A stretch of 64,000 nucleotides of DNA from an uncultured delta proteobacterium (GTDB lineage Bacteria > Myxococcota > UBA727 > VGSZ01): contig CAVZJB010000004.1 in NCBI GenBank assembly GCA_963775425.1, forward strand, positions 96,001-160,000, read 5' to 3'. Position numbers and translations under genes: made by a program. The notes below the pieces were generated by a model, which ran no database searches, had not been told where the DNA came from, and saw only the letters and a list, made by a program, of their open reading frames with translations. Numbering within the stretch: the stretch's first letter is position 1; every line of letters starts with the position of its first letter. Positions 1 through 9,515 of this stretch are shown piece after piece.

Positions 1-505
1 GGCCGTGAGCCCCTTTCAGCTCACGGACATCCTGCGCCGCCTCGTGGAGGAGGAGATCTCCATCCGCGACCTCCGGAACATCCTGCAGGCGCTCGCGGAG
101 TGGGGCCCCGTCGAGAACGACACCGTCATGCTCACCGAGTACGTGCGCGCGGCGCTCAAGCGCTACATCTCGCACAAGTACACGCGCGGCCAATCCACGC
201 TCATCGTGTACCTGCTCGATCCGCAGATCGAGGAGACGGTGCGCAGCTCCGTGCAGCACACCTCGTCGGGCAGCTACCTCGCGCTCGAGCCCGAGATCAC
301 GCAGGAGATCCTCGCAGCCGTGCGCAACGAGGTGGGCAACCTGCCGCCGTCGGCGCAGCAGCCGGTGGTGCTCACCACCATGGAGATCCGGCGCTACTTC
401 CGGAAGCTCGTCGAGCTCGAGTTCCCTCACCTCGCGGTGCTCAGCTACCAGGAGCTGAGCCCCGAGATGAACATCCAGCCCATCGCGCGCATCAGCCTGG
501 GATGA
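1..505 (+). CDS. sctV: Type III secretion export-gate protein (SctV/LcrD/FlhA family), C-terminal cytoplasmic domain, 5'-truncated by the window
   Basis: ILRRLVEEEISIRDLRNILQAL, LTEYVRAALKRYI, YLALEP and LAVLSYQEL are FHIPEP-family C-terminal motifs; they read closer to injectisome SctV than to FlhA. Confidence 0.85.
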   Translation, partial: AVSPFQLTDILRRLVEEEISIRDLRNILQALAEWGPVENDTVMLTEYVRAALKRYISHKYTRGQSTLIVYLLDPQIEETVRSSVQHTSSGSYLALEPEITQEILAAVRNEVGNLPPSAQQPVVLTTMEIRRYFRKLVELEFPHLAVLSYQELSPEMNIQPIARISLG

Positions 506-518
506 CGGACGGGCTTGC

Positions 519-1463
519 GTGACCGCCGACCTCGCCGCCGCCCGCGTGCTCGTCACGGGCGCGCACGGGTTTCTCGGGCGCCGGCTCGTGAGAGCGCTCG
601 AGGCGCGCGGGGCCGCCAAGAACGTGCTCGCGCCCTCACACGCGGAGCTCGACCTGCTCGATCGCGCGCGGCTCAAGGCGTACCTCGCCGACGCCCGCCC
701 CGACGTCGTCTTTCACCTCGCCGCGCGCGTCGGCGGCATCGGCCACAACCGGGCCAACGCCGGCGTCCTGTTCCACGACAACTTGTTGATGGGCGTGCAC
801 CTCCTCGACGAGGCCATGCACGCGGGCGCGCAGAAGGTCGTCGCCGTCGCCACCGTGTGCGCGTACCCGGCGCAGACGCCGGTGCCCTTTCGCGAGACGT
901 CTTTGTGGGACGGCTACCCCGAGCCCACCAACGCGCCGTACGGGCTCGCCAAGAAGATGCTGCTCGTTCAGTCGCAGGCGTATCGCAAGCAATACGGCTT
1001 CAACTCGGTGGTGCTCTTCCCTGCCAACCTCTACGGCCCCGGTGACAACTTCGACCTCGAGTCGGGCCACGTCGTCCCCGCGCTCATCCGGAAGATCCAC
1101 GACGCGCGGCGCGCAGGCCTCGACCGCGTCACCCTGTGGGGCGACGGAACGCCCACGCGCGAGATGCTCTACGTCGACGATGGCGCCGAAGCGCTGTGCC
1201 TCGCGGCGGAGCGCTATGACGCGAGCGATCCCGTCAACGTCGGCACCGGCGAGGAGATCTCCATCCGCGCGCTCGCCGAGCGCATCGCGGCGCTCTACGA
1301 ATGGGAGGGCGAGCTGGTGTTCGATGCGTCCATGCCCAACGGCCAGATGCGCCGCAAGCTCGACGTGTCACGCGCCGAGGCTCTCTTCGGCTTCTCCGCG
1401 AGCACGCCGCTCGACGAGGGGCTCGCGCGCACCGTGGCGTGGTGGCGCGAGAGGACGGCGTGA
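519..1463 (+). CDS. fcl: GDP-L-fucose synthase
   Basis: VLVTGAHGFLG, HLAARVGGI, PEPTNAPYGLAK, NLYGPGDNFD, GHVVPALIRK, WGDGTPTRE. Confidence 0.93.
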   Translation: MTADLAAARVLVTGAHGFLGRRLVRALEARGAAKNVLAPSHAELDLLDRARLKAYLADARPDVVFHLAARVGGIGHNRANAGVLFHDNLLMGVHLLDEAMHAGAQKVVAVATVCAYPAQTPVPFRETSLWDGYPEPTNAPYGLAKKMLLVQSQAYRKQYGFNSVVLFPANLYGPGDNFDLESGHVVPALIRKIHDARRAGLDRVTLWGDGTPTREMLYVDDGAEALCLAAERYDASDPVNVGTGEEISIRALAERIAALYEWEGELVFDASMPNGQMRRKLDVSRAEALFGFSASTPLDEGLARTVAWWRERTA

Positions 1464-2317
1464 CCACGGACCGCGCGCTGCCGGTGGTCGCGGCCGCGCA
1501 GCGCGTCTTGGTGATCGAGCGCGGTCGGCGCCGCGCGTGGGCCGACGTCATCGACGTGTGGCGGTTTCGGGAGCTCGTGTACACGCTCGCTGCGCGCGAC
1601 GTGAAGGTGCGCTACGCGCAGACGGCGCTGGGCGTCGTCTGGGTGTTGCTGCAGCCGGCGCTCAGCGCCCTGCTCTTCTTCGCCGTCTTCGGCCGCCTGG
1701 CCAAGATGCCGTCCGACGGCATCCCGTACGCGGTGTTCGCCGTGACGGGCATCGTGCCGTGGCTGTTCGTCTCCAACTCGGTCGGTAACGCGTCGACCTC
1801 CGTGCTCACCGCGGCGCCGCTCATCGGCAAGGTCTACTTCCCGCGCCTCATCGTCCCCATCGCGGCCACCGCCGCGGCGCTCGTGGATCTCGTCGTGGCC
1901 ATGCCGCTCGCGATGGTGGCGGCGCTCCTGGCGGGGCTACACGTGTTCACCCCCGTCCTGCTGCTCGCGCCCTTGTTCTGCCTCGGCCTCGTCGTGGCGG
2001 CGGCGGCGGTCGGCACGCTTTTGTGCTCGCTCACCGTGGTCTTTCGCGACTTCCGCCACGTCATCCCTTTCCTCATCCAGATCTGGCTGTACGCCACGCC
2101 CATCGTCTATCCGTCGAGCCTCGTGCCCGAGCGTTGGCGGCCGGTCTTCTTTCTGAACCCTGTCGCGGGTGCGCTCGAAGGCTTCCGCGCGTCGGTGTGC
2201 GGGCTCCCCGTCCCGTGGGACGGCGTGCTCGTCTCCACGCTGTCGTCGCTGTTCCTGCTCGCGGTCGCGTTGCGCGCCTTTGCCGCCGTAGAGCGCCAGC
2301 TCGTGGATCGCCTGTGA
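1460..2317 (+). CDS. wzm: ABC-2 polysaccharide exporter permease
   Basis: RDVKVRYAQTALGVVW, KVYFPRL, FRDFRH, YATPIVYP, LNPVAG; GTG start overlaps the fcl stop (GTGA). Confidence 0.92.
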   Translation: MTTDRALPVVAAAQRVLVIERGRRRAWADVIDVWRFRELVYTLAARDVKVRYAQTALGVVWVLLQPALSALLFFAVFGRLAKMPSDGIPYAVFAVTGIVPWLFVSNSVGNASTSVLTAAPLIGKVYFPRLIVPIAATAAALVDLVVAMPLAMVAALLAGLHVFTPVLLLAPLFCLGLVVAAAAVGTLLCSLTVVFRDFRHVIPFLIQIWLYATPIVYPSSLVPERWRPVFFLNPVAGALEGFRASVCGLPVPWDGVLVSTLSSLFLLAVALRAFAAVERQLVDRL

Positions 2318-3567
2318 CGGAATGGGCCATCCGCGCCGACGGGCTCACCAAGGTCTACCCCATCGTCCAGGCCGCGACCGCGCACGGCTACGACACGTTG
2401 CGCGAGGCGCTGGTGCGGATCGCCCGGCGCCCGTTCTCCCGCCGGGAGCGCCAGGGCTCCATCACCGTGCTCGACGACGTCACATTCGACGTCGCGCGCG
2501 GTGACGTCGTCGCCGTCATCGGGCGCAACGGCGCCGGCAAGAGCACCCTCCTCAAGATCTTGAGCCGCATCGTGGAGCCCACGCGCGGGCGCGCCGAGAT
2601 CCGCGGGCGCACGTCGTCGCTGCTGGAGGTGGGGACGGGCTTTCACCCCGAGCTCACCGGGCGCGAGAACGTGTACTTGAACGGCACCATCCTCGGGATG
2701 ACCCGCCGCGAGATCCGCACCAAGATCGACGAGATCGTCTCGTTCGCGGGCGTGGAGCAGTTCCTCGACGTCCCCGTGAAGCGCTACTCGTCGGGCATGC
2801 AACTGCGCCTCGGCTTCTCGGTGGCCGCGCACCTCGATCCCGAGATCCTGTTCGTCGACGAAGTGCTCGCCGTCGGCGACGCCGAGTTCCAGAAGAAGTG
2901 CCTTGGAAAGATGGACCAGGTGGCCAGCGCCGGCCGCACCGTCCTGTTCGTCTCCCACGATCTCGCCGCCGCCGAGCGCCTCTGCAAGAGCGGCCTGCTG
3001 CTCGAGCGCGGGCGCATCGCGAAGCGCGGCACGCCACGCGAAGTGATCGACGCGTACCACAGGGCGCTCGCCGACACGCCGCCCACCGATCTCGCCGCGC
3101 GCCCGGACCGCCGCGGCGACGGCCGGGTGAAGTTCTGCGGCCTCGAGATCGAGGTGGACGGACACGTGGCGCCGGCGGCGCGCACGGGGTGCGATCTCGC
3201 GCTGAAGATCGACGTCGAGGCCACGGAGCCCTTGCGCACGGTGGTGGTCCACGTCGCGCTCTTCGACGGCGCCCGCCGCGCCATCGGCTTTTTGGGCTCG
3301 GACGTCACCGATGCACGAGGCGAGTCCCTCTCGGTGCCTCAGGGGCGCTCCCGGATCGTCGTCTCCCTGCCTCGCCTGCCGCTCCTCCCCGACACGTACT
3401 CGCTGAACCTCTTCTGCCGCGCCGACGGCGGCATCGCCGACTGGGTGCAGGACGCGGCGACGCTGCAGGTGATCGACGGCGACATCTACGGCTCGGGCAA
3501 GCTGCCGCCGCAGGGGTACGGCTCCTTCGCCATCGCCTGCTCGTTCTCCGCCGAGGACGCGGCGTGA
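2314..3567 (+). CDS. wzt: ABC polysaccharide exporter ATPase with C-terminal carbohydrate-binding (Wzt-C) domain
   Basis: GRNGAGKSTLLK, LEVGTGFHPELTGRENV, YSSGMQLRL, DEVLAVGD; ~170-aa C-terminal extension; GTGA overlap with wzm. Confidence 0.93.
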   Translation: MTEWAIRADGLTKVYPIVQAATAHGYDTLREALVRIARRPFSRRERQGSITVLDDVTFDVARGDVVAVIGRNGAGKSTLLKILSRIVEPTRGRAEIRGRTSSLLEVGTGFHPELTGRENVYLNGTILGMTRREIRTKIDEIVSFAGVEQFLDVPVKRYSSGMQLRLGFSVAAHLDPEILFVDEVLAVGDAEFQKKCLGKMDQVASAGRTVLFVSHDLAAAERLCKSGLLLERGRIAKRGTPREVIDAYHRALADTPPTDLAARPDRRGDGRVKFCGLEIEVDGHVAPAARTGCDLALKIDVEATEPLRTVVVHVALFDGARRAIGFLGSDVTDARGESLSVPQGRSRIVVSLPRLPLLPDTYSLNLFCRADGGIADWVQDAATLQVIDGDIYGSGKLPPQGYGSFAIACSFSAEDAA

Positions 3568-4217
3568 TGAGCTGGCGCGCCCGCGCCCGCGCCGCGGCGC
3601 GCATCACGCTCACGGATCCCCGCCACCTCGCCGCGTGGCTGCGCTCGAGCTTCCGCGACGACTTCCCGATGCGCGCGCGCATCCCGTGGCTCACCTTCGA
3701 CGCGGTCGACCGCCTCGCGGCGCTCGACCTGCGCGGAAAGCGCGTCTTCGAGTGGGGCTCCGGCGGCTCCACGCTCTTCTTCCTCGACCGCGGCGCCCAC
3801 GTGACCTCCGTCGAGCACGACGCCTCGTGGCAGGCGCGCCTCGCGCCCCTGGTCGGCGACGCCGTGGACCTGCGGCTCATCGAGAGCGAGCCCGGCGGCG
3901 GCGGCGACCCCGCCGACCCCGACGCGTACGTCTCGAGCGAGGGCCCGCGCTACGAGCGCTACGCGCGCGCCGCGGAGGAGGTGCCCGATCAGAGCCTCAA
4001 CGTCGCGCTCGTCGACGGGCGCGCGCGCCCCTCGTGCATCAAGCACGCGGTGCCCAAGCTGCGGCACGGCGGCCTCCTCGTCGTCGACGACGCCGCGCGC
4101 CCTCACTACCTGGCGAAGGCGGGCGCCCTCCTTTTCGGCTGGGCCCACGAGCGCCACCGCGGCGCTGTGCCCGGGCTCGCGCAGGAGGGCTGCACCGACG
4201 TCTTCGTCAAGCCGTGA
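3567..4217 (+). CDS. Class I SAM-dependent methyltransferase-like protein of glycan loci
   Basis: PWLTFDA, VFEWGSGGST, SVEHD, LVDGRARPSC, LVVDDA; ATG overlaps the wzt stop. Confidence 0.75.
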   Translation: MSWRARARAAARITLTDPRHLAAWLRSSFRDDFPMRARIPWLTFDAVDRLAALDLRGKRVFEWGSGGSTLFFLDRGAHVTSVEHDASWQARLAPLVGDAVDLRLIESEPGGGGDPADPDAYVSSEGPRYERYARAAEEVPDQSLNVALVDGRARPSCIKHAVPKLRHGGLLVVDDAARPHYLAKAGALLFGWAHERHRGAVPGLAQEGCTDVFVKP

Positions 4218-6015
4218 CGGGCCGCGCGCTCGCCCCCGGGCGCTTGAAGCACACGTAGGTCGCGGTCGCGGGCGGACCGGCGTCGACCTCGAAGCGCGCC
4301 GCTACCTTCAGCCCGTGGTCGCCGAGCGCCCCGGCGAGGTCGCCTTCGATGAGCGCCGCGCGGTGCACGACGACGGCCGCCCGGCACACCCGCGCCGCCT
4401 CCGCGAGCGCCGCGCGCCGGTCCGGGACGCGCACAGCCCCGTCAGCGACGACGACGATGTCGAAGCTCTCATCCGCGAACGGCAAGCGCGTCGGGGACGC
4501 GGCGAGCGCGCGAAGCGGCGCGTCCGCGGGCGCGCCCCCGCCGCGCTCCGGCGGGGTGGCGTCGACACGGGTGATGCGCAGCTCGTGCCCGAGCAGCGCG
4601 AACAGCGCCTCGCCCGCCGGCCCGCCCGCGCGCGAGGCGTCCGCGCCCGCGTCCAGGCCCACCGTGAGGATGGCGTCGCGCGCGTGGCCCGTGCGCGCGA
4701 CGGCTTCGGCCAGCGCGCGGAACGCGACGCCCGGCCGTCCCATGTGGAGCTCGTAGAGCGCTTCGTCGTCGCTGCCGGCGCCGAAGGCACCGCTTCGGCC
4801 CGCGAGGCGAGCGAGCGAGCGAGCGAGCCGCGCACGATCCAGCGCGGCGCGCAGCGAGTCCGGCAGGGCGCGCGCGAGGACCCGCGCGGCGCGCTCGAGC
4901 GGGGCGCGCCGCGCGGCACCGAGGCCGACGCGGCCGCGGCGCGGGGGCCGATCCGCCAACAGCCCGGTGAGGAGCGGCAACGCCTCGGCAGCGCGCCGCT
5001 CGTACGTGTGATCGCGCAGCGTCCTTCGCTGCCCGGCCGCGGCGATCGCCGCGCGCTCCGCCGGGTGGTCGAGGAGCCAGCGGGCCTTGTCCGCGCACTC
5101 CTCGGCGCTCCGCCACGTCACCACCTCCTCGTCCGGCGAAAACAGCGAAGGCAGAGAGGGCTTCCTGTCCGTCAACAGCAGCGCGCCCATGCCGGTGGCC
5201 TCGAAGAGCCTCATGTTGTTCGCGAACCCGAGGGCGAAGGGTGCGTGCCGGTTCCACGCGACGCGCGCCTCGGCCAACAACGCGTACATCTCATTGCCCC
5301 AGGCCGCTCCGCGGTACCGCGCGCGCGCCGCCGGCCCCTCCGGCGGCGCCGGACCGTACAGCTCCACCCCCGGCACGGCGGCGACGAGGGTCTCGAGCGT
5401 GGCCGCGGCGCCCCCGTGGACGCCGCGCATGCCGCCGACAAAGACCACGTCCCGCTCCCTCGGTCGTGCGCCGATCTCGGCGAGCAGGCAGGGGTCGAAC
5501 GCCAACGGCACGTAACGGGCTCGACCCCCGAGGCGCGCGAACCAATCGACGAAGTGCGGCAAGGAGCTGACGAGCGCGTCGTACGGGCCGATGTCCACGT
5601 GCCTCGAGAGCGCCGCGGCCACCTGCCCCACCACGACCGCGCCGCGCGACGAGGCGCGACGGAGCACCTCGCTGGAGACGGCCTCGATGTCCAGGACCCA
5701 GACGACGTCCGGGCCCGCCGCGGAGAGCTGGGCGTCGAGGACGGCGGCGAGCGCCTGGCGCGGTGAAGGAGGCAGCGCGACGTCGTGCTCGATGGCCCAG
5801 CGCGCCTGGAGCGGGAGGCAGTTCGCGACGACGTCGGAGGCTTCGACGTCACCCCGCTGCGAAAACGCGCGCGACATGAAGTCCGACGTCCCGAAACGCG
5901 CCGCCACGATGGCCCGCAGTTGCGCCTCGTACGAGCCGCTGCGGCGCGCGGCGCCGGACCGGTAGAGCGCGGCGAGGAACGGCGCGTAGTTGGTGTCGAC
6001 GAACACGATCTTCAT
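4207..6015 (-). CDS. Glycosyltransferase (CgeB/Glyco_trans_1_2-like) fused to a degenerate methyltransferase domain
   Basis: ANNMRLFEATGMGALLLTD, AAAGQRRTLRDHTYERR; C-terminal LPFADESFDIVV...ALAEAARV. Confidence 0.75.
   Translation of the reverse strand: MKIVFVDTNYAPFLAALYRSGAARRSGSYEAQLRAIVAARFGTSDFMSRAFSQRGDVEASDVVANCLPLQARWAIEHDVALPPSPRQALAAVLDAQLSAAGPDVVWVLDIEAVSSEVLRRASSRGAVVVGQVAAALSRHVDIGPYDALVSSLPHFVDWFARLGGRARYVPLAFDPCLLAEIGARPRERDVVFVGGMRGVHGGAAATLETLVAAVPGVELYGPAPPEGPAARARYRGAAWGNEMYALLAEARVAWNRHAPFALGFANNMRLFEATGMGALLLTDRKPSLPSLFSPDEEVVTWRSAEECADKARWLLDHPAERAAIAAAGQRRTLRDHTYERRAAEALPLLTGLLADRPPRRGRVGLGAARRAPLERAARVLARALPDSLRAALDRARLARSLARLAGRSGAFGAGSDDEALYELHMGRPGVAFRALAEAVARTGHARDAILTVGLDAGADASRAGGPAGEALFALLGHELRITRVDATPPERGGGAPADAPLRALAASPTRLPFADESFDIVVVADGAVRVPDRRAALAEAARVCRAAVVVHRAALIEGDLAGALGDHGLKVAARFEVDAGPPATATYVCFKRPGASARPVTA
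4807..4826 (+). repeat. (GCGA)5 tetranucleotide simple sequence repeat inside the glycosyltransferase-methyltransferase linker
   Basis: gcgagcgagcgagcgagcga read directly. Confidence 0.85.
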
Positions 6016-6034
6016 GCGCGTCCCACCGGCGCCA

Positions 6035-7232
6035 TCAACTCCACGTCGCGCGGACGCGGACCATCTCGTCGATGACGTCGAGGGCGCCCGCGGCGAAGTC
6101 GTCGGCTGTGAAGCGGCGCGCGCGCGCGCGGCCGCGCTCGACGAGCCCGGCGCGCTCCGCGTCGTCTTTCAGGATGCGCGCGAGGGAGGCAGCGAAGCCG
6201 CGGGCGTCGAGCGGATCCACGAGGAGCGCCGCGTCGCCGAGCTGCTCCTCGGCGCCGGCGACGCGCGCGGCGACGACGGGGCACCCGAGCGCGAACGCCT
6301 CGAGCGGCGGCAGGTTCTCGGGCCCGAAGAAGCTCGGATACGCCATGGCGCCGGCCTGGCGGTACAGGGCGACGAGAGCGCGCTGCTCGACGAAGCCGAG
6401 GAAGTGGACGCGGGCGCCGAGGCCGGCCCGCGACGCGCGCTCGCGGAGCGCCGCGCCCTGGCCGCGATCGGAGCCCGGCAACGCGGAGATCGACGCGCAC
6501 GCCGTGCTCCTCTTCGAGCAGGCGCACCGCCTCGAACAGCGTGGCGTGGTTCTTGTGCGGCCACAGTTGCGCCGGGTAGACGATGAACGGGCGCGCCACG
6601 CCGAGCCGCGACAACGCCGCGGCGTCCCCGGCGTCGTCGGCAGCGGCGTCGAGCGCGAAGCGCGGCGTCGGGTGCGGCAGCTTGCGGACCCGGTCGGCAG
6701 GCACCTGGAAGAACGACTCCACCTCGGCGGCGCCGACTGCGGTTCCGACCACGACACGCAACGCCCGCCGGAGCGTCTCCGCCGTGGTGCGCTCGCGCGA
6801 CGCGTACTCGCCGTCGGCGGACACCTCCGGGAACCACGGCTGTACGCGGTGCTGAAGGTCCCAGACCGTCACGGCGTAGGGCACGTCCAGGAGCGGGAGG
6901 AACGGCCCCGGGGAGAAGACGAGCGCGACGCCGTCGTCCGCGAGGCGCCGGTGCCACAGCGTCGACACGCGCCTCGCGACCCCTCGTCCGGCGAGCTCGG
7001 CGACGGCGCGCGCGCCGCGACGCAGCTTGCGGCGGAGCGCGCTGTCGTCGACGCGCACCACGGGGAGGGCGCCGAGCTCGCGGGTGTCGAGGGCCTCACC
7101 CCGGGTATACACGACGAGCTCACGGCCCGGCCGCGGAGGCGCGCGGCCGAGCGCCTTCACGATCTCCACGGTGATCGTGTGGCCGCCGCCGACGGCCGCC
7201 ACGAGGTCCTCCGCGTATACCGCCACTTTCAT
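6035..7232 (-). pseudogene. GT4 glycosyltransferase with a +1 frameshift near 6486 (true lesion or sequencing error)
   Basis: MKVAVYAED...YPAQLWPHKNHATL...GVRVDL in one frame continues as ALPGSDRG...YPSFFGPENLPPLEAFALGCPV in another; coding strand GAT CTC [C] GCG TTG. Confidence 0.85.
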
Positions 7233-7966
7233 GACGCGCGCTTCCTGGCGACGGCCACGAGGTGGAACGTGTCCAGGGAGGGCGGCTCGTCGGAGAAGCC
7301 GCCGGTGAGCGACGACAGCTCGAGCCCGGCGTCCTCGATGAAGCGCGCGAGCTCGGGCGCGAGAAACATGCGCCCCTGGTGGGTCTCCTCGAGCGGCGGC
7401 GCACCCGGCGCGCACAGCGTCCAGCGCACGGTGGCGACGGCCGTGCGCGCGTCGACGCTCGTCTCCGAAAAGCGGATGACGCCGCCGGGGAGCCTGCGCA
7501 GCCGCACGGGCTCGAAGTGCGCGAACATCGCCGCCGCGTGCCACACCTCCACGACGACGAGCCCCCCGGCGCGGACTGCGCCGGCCATCCCGCGCAGGGT
7601 ACTGGAGACGCCGGCGTCGGTGCGGGCGTAGCCGAGGGAGTCGAACAGGCACACGGCGGCGTCGAAAACGCCGCGCTCGTCGAGCCGCGTCATGTCGCCT
7701 ACGCGCAGCGGCGCCGAGGGGAGGCGGCGGCGCGCGAGGGCGATCATGTCCGCGGACGCGTCGACGCCGGCGACGTCGACGCCGAGGCGCGCGAGCTCTT
7801 CGGCGTGCCGCCCGGTGCCGCACGCGACGTCGAGGACGCGCGGCGCGGCGCCGACCGCCGTCACGCGCGCGGAGACGAACGACGCCTCGGCGGCGTAGTC
7901 CTTGTCCGCGTACAGCGCGTCGTACAGCTCCGCGAAGCGCCCGGAGTAGGGGACCGGGCCGGTCAC
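7229..7966 (-). CDS. SAM-dependent methyltransferase, aminosugar N-methyltransferase (TylM1/DesVI)-like
   Basis: FAELYDALYADKDYAAEA, VLDVACGTGRH, GVDASADM, GDMT, FDAAVCLFDSLGY; coupled to the aminotransferase stop. Confidence 0.8.
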   Translation of the reverse strand: MTGPVPYSGRFAELYDALYADKDYAAEASFVSARVTAVGAAPRVLDVACGTGRHAEELARLGVDVAGVDASADMIALARRRLPSAPLRVGDMTRLDERGVFDAAVCLFDSLGYARTDAGVSSTLRGMAGAVRAGGLVVVEVWHAAAMFAHFEPVRLRRLPGGVIRFSETSVDARTAVATVRWTLCAPGAPPLEETHQGRMFLAPELARFIEDAGLELSSLTGGFSDEPPSLDTFHLVAVARKRAS

Positions 7967-9069
7967 GCCACCGCCCGCGACAGCGCCGTCGCCACGACGG
8001 CGATCTGCTGGTCCGTGAGCGTCGGCGAGGACGGCAGGTAGAAGCCACGCTCCCACATGGCGTCGGCGACCGGACAGGGCGCCGACCGGAAGCCCGGCAG
8101 CGCCTGCAGGCACGGCTGCGCGCTCATGGGACAAAAGAAGGTGCGGGTCTCGACGCCGTCGCTGCGCAGCCGCTCCATCACCTCGTCGCGGGAGGCAGGG
8201 CAGCCCTCGCGGACCATCAGCGCGAACATCCAGTAGACGTGACGTGCCCACGACTCCTCGACGGGAAGCACGAGGTGCGGCACCGCCGCGAGTGCGGCGC
8301 GGTAGCGGTCCGCCATGCGCCGCTTGGCCGCGACGATCTCGTCGAGGCGGCCGAGCTGCCGGGTGCCGAGCGCGGCCTGCATCCCCGTCATGCGGAAGTT
8401 GTGCCCGAGCACGGCGTGCACGAAGCGCGGCTGCGCAAAGCCGAGGTTGCGCAGCAACCGCAGGCGCTCGGCGAGCGCGTCGTCGTCGGTGACAACGGCG
8501 CCACCTTCGCCGGTGGTGACGATCTTGTTGGCGTAGAAGCTGAAACAGCCCATGTCACCGAACGATCCCGTCATCCGGCCGCGCACCGTGGCGCCGTGAG
8601 ACTCGGCGCAATCCTCGATGACCACGAGGCCGCGCTTGCGCGCCACCGGCAGCAGAGCGTCCATGTCCACGGGGTGCCCGAACAGGTGCACGGGGATGAT
8701 GGCGCGGGTGCGCGGCGTGCAGAGCGCGTCGACGAGGGCGACGTCGATGTTGCCGGTGCGCGGCTCGCTGTCGACGGGCACGGGCAGCGCGCCGTTATGG
8801 ACCGCCGCGAGCGCGGTGGCGATATTGGTGCTGGCCGACACCAGCACCTCGTCACCGGCGCCCACGCCGGCGGCCTGCACCGCCAACTGCAGCGCCGCCG
8901 TGCCGCTCGAGACCACCACCGCGTGCTTGACGCCGACTTGCGCCGCGAGCCGCGCCTCGAACCGCGGGATGGCTTTGCCGAACGTGCCCGAGATCTCTCC
9001 GCGGGCAAGCGCACGCACGACCTCGTCCACGTCCTCCGGGCGGATGTCGGGCGAAAACACCGGGATCAA
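7963..9069 (-). CDS. DegT/DnrJ/EryC1/StrS aminotransferase, GDP-perosamine synthase-like
   Basis: SSGTAAL, IIPVHLFGHP, IEDCAESHGA, FSFYANKIVTTGEGG, NFRMTGMQAALG, LPSS. Confidence 0.9.
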   Translation of the reverse strand: MIPVFSPDIRPEDVDEVVRALARGEISGTFGKAIPRFEARLAAQVGVKHAVVVSSGTAALQLAVQAAGVGAGDEVLVSASTNIATALAAVHNGALPVPVDSEPRTGNIDVALVDALCTPRTRAIIPVHLFGHPVDMDALLPVARKRGLVVIEDCAESHGATVRGRMTGSFGDMGCFSFYANKIVTTGEGGAVVTDDDALAERLRLLRNLGFAQPRFVHAVLGHNFRMTGMQAALGTRQLGRLDEIVAAKRRMADRYRAALAAVPHLVLPVEESWARHVYWMFALMVREGCPASRDEVMERLRSDGVETRTFFCPMSAQPCLQALPGFRSAPCPVADAMWERGFYLPSSPTLTDQQIAVVATALSRAVA

Positions 9070-9515
9070 CGGGGATCACTCCGGCCGACGTCGACGATGA
9101 CCTTGTCGTTCTCGGTGCCGAGGAACGGCCCCTGCTTCACGCTGATGCACTGCATGTCTTCGAGCACGCGGATCGCGTGCACGCCGTGGATGAGGACGAT
9201 GGCGTCGCCGGCGCGCAGCGTCACCTCGCGCAGCAGGCTGCCGTCGTCGCGGTAGAGCTCCACCGCGACCACCCCGCGTTGCACGACGAACATCTGCTGC
9301 AGGTCGTCGATCTGGCGGGAGACCGCCCGGTGGTAGTGAGGCGGCTCCTGGAACCCGGCCTCGTGCGCGAGCAGGCCGAACTGAAACGACGAAGACGCCG
9401 GCGAGAAGAACGTGGTGGTCTTCACCGAGGTCCCCGCCCAGATGATCTCCGCGTACTTGGTGCCGGCGTGCTCGATGGCCTCGACTCCGTCGTGCGCAGG
9501 ACTATTCGATGTCAC
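9066..9515 (-). CDS. Cupin-fold protein of sugar-nucleotide clusters
   Basis: PPHYH...QQMFVVQRG...LRAGD...HAIRVLED...VKQGPF; in operon with the aminotransferase. Confidence 0.6.
   Translation of the reverse strand: MTSNSPAHDGVEAIEHAGTKYAEIIWAGTSVKTTTFFSPASSSFQFGLLAHEAGFQEPPHYHRAVSRQIDDLQQMFVVQRGVVAVELYRDDGSLLREVTLRAGDAIVLIHGVHAIRVLEDMQCISVKQGPFLGTENDKVIVDVGRSDPR

Noticed and set aside
6470-6500. Programmed ribosomal frameshift in the GT4 gene (also considered at ~16900)
   Set aside because: No slippery heptamer or long homopolymer; a simple 1-bp insertion explains both
6012-8048. 678-aa ORF as a single protein
   Set aside because: Composite of an off-frame methyltransferase overlap and the 5' part of the frameshifted GT4 (start 7232)
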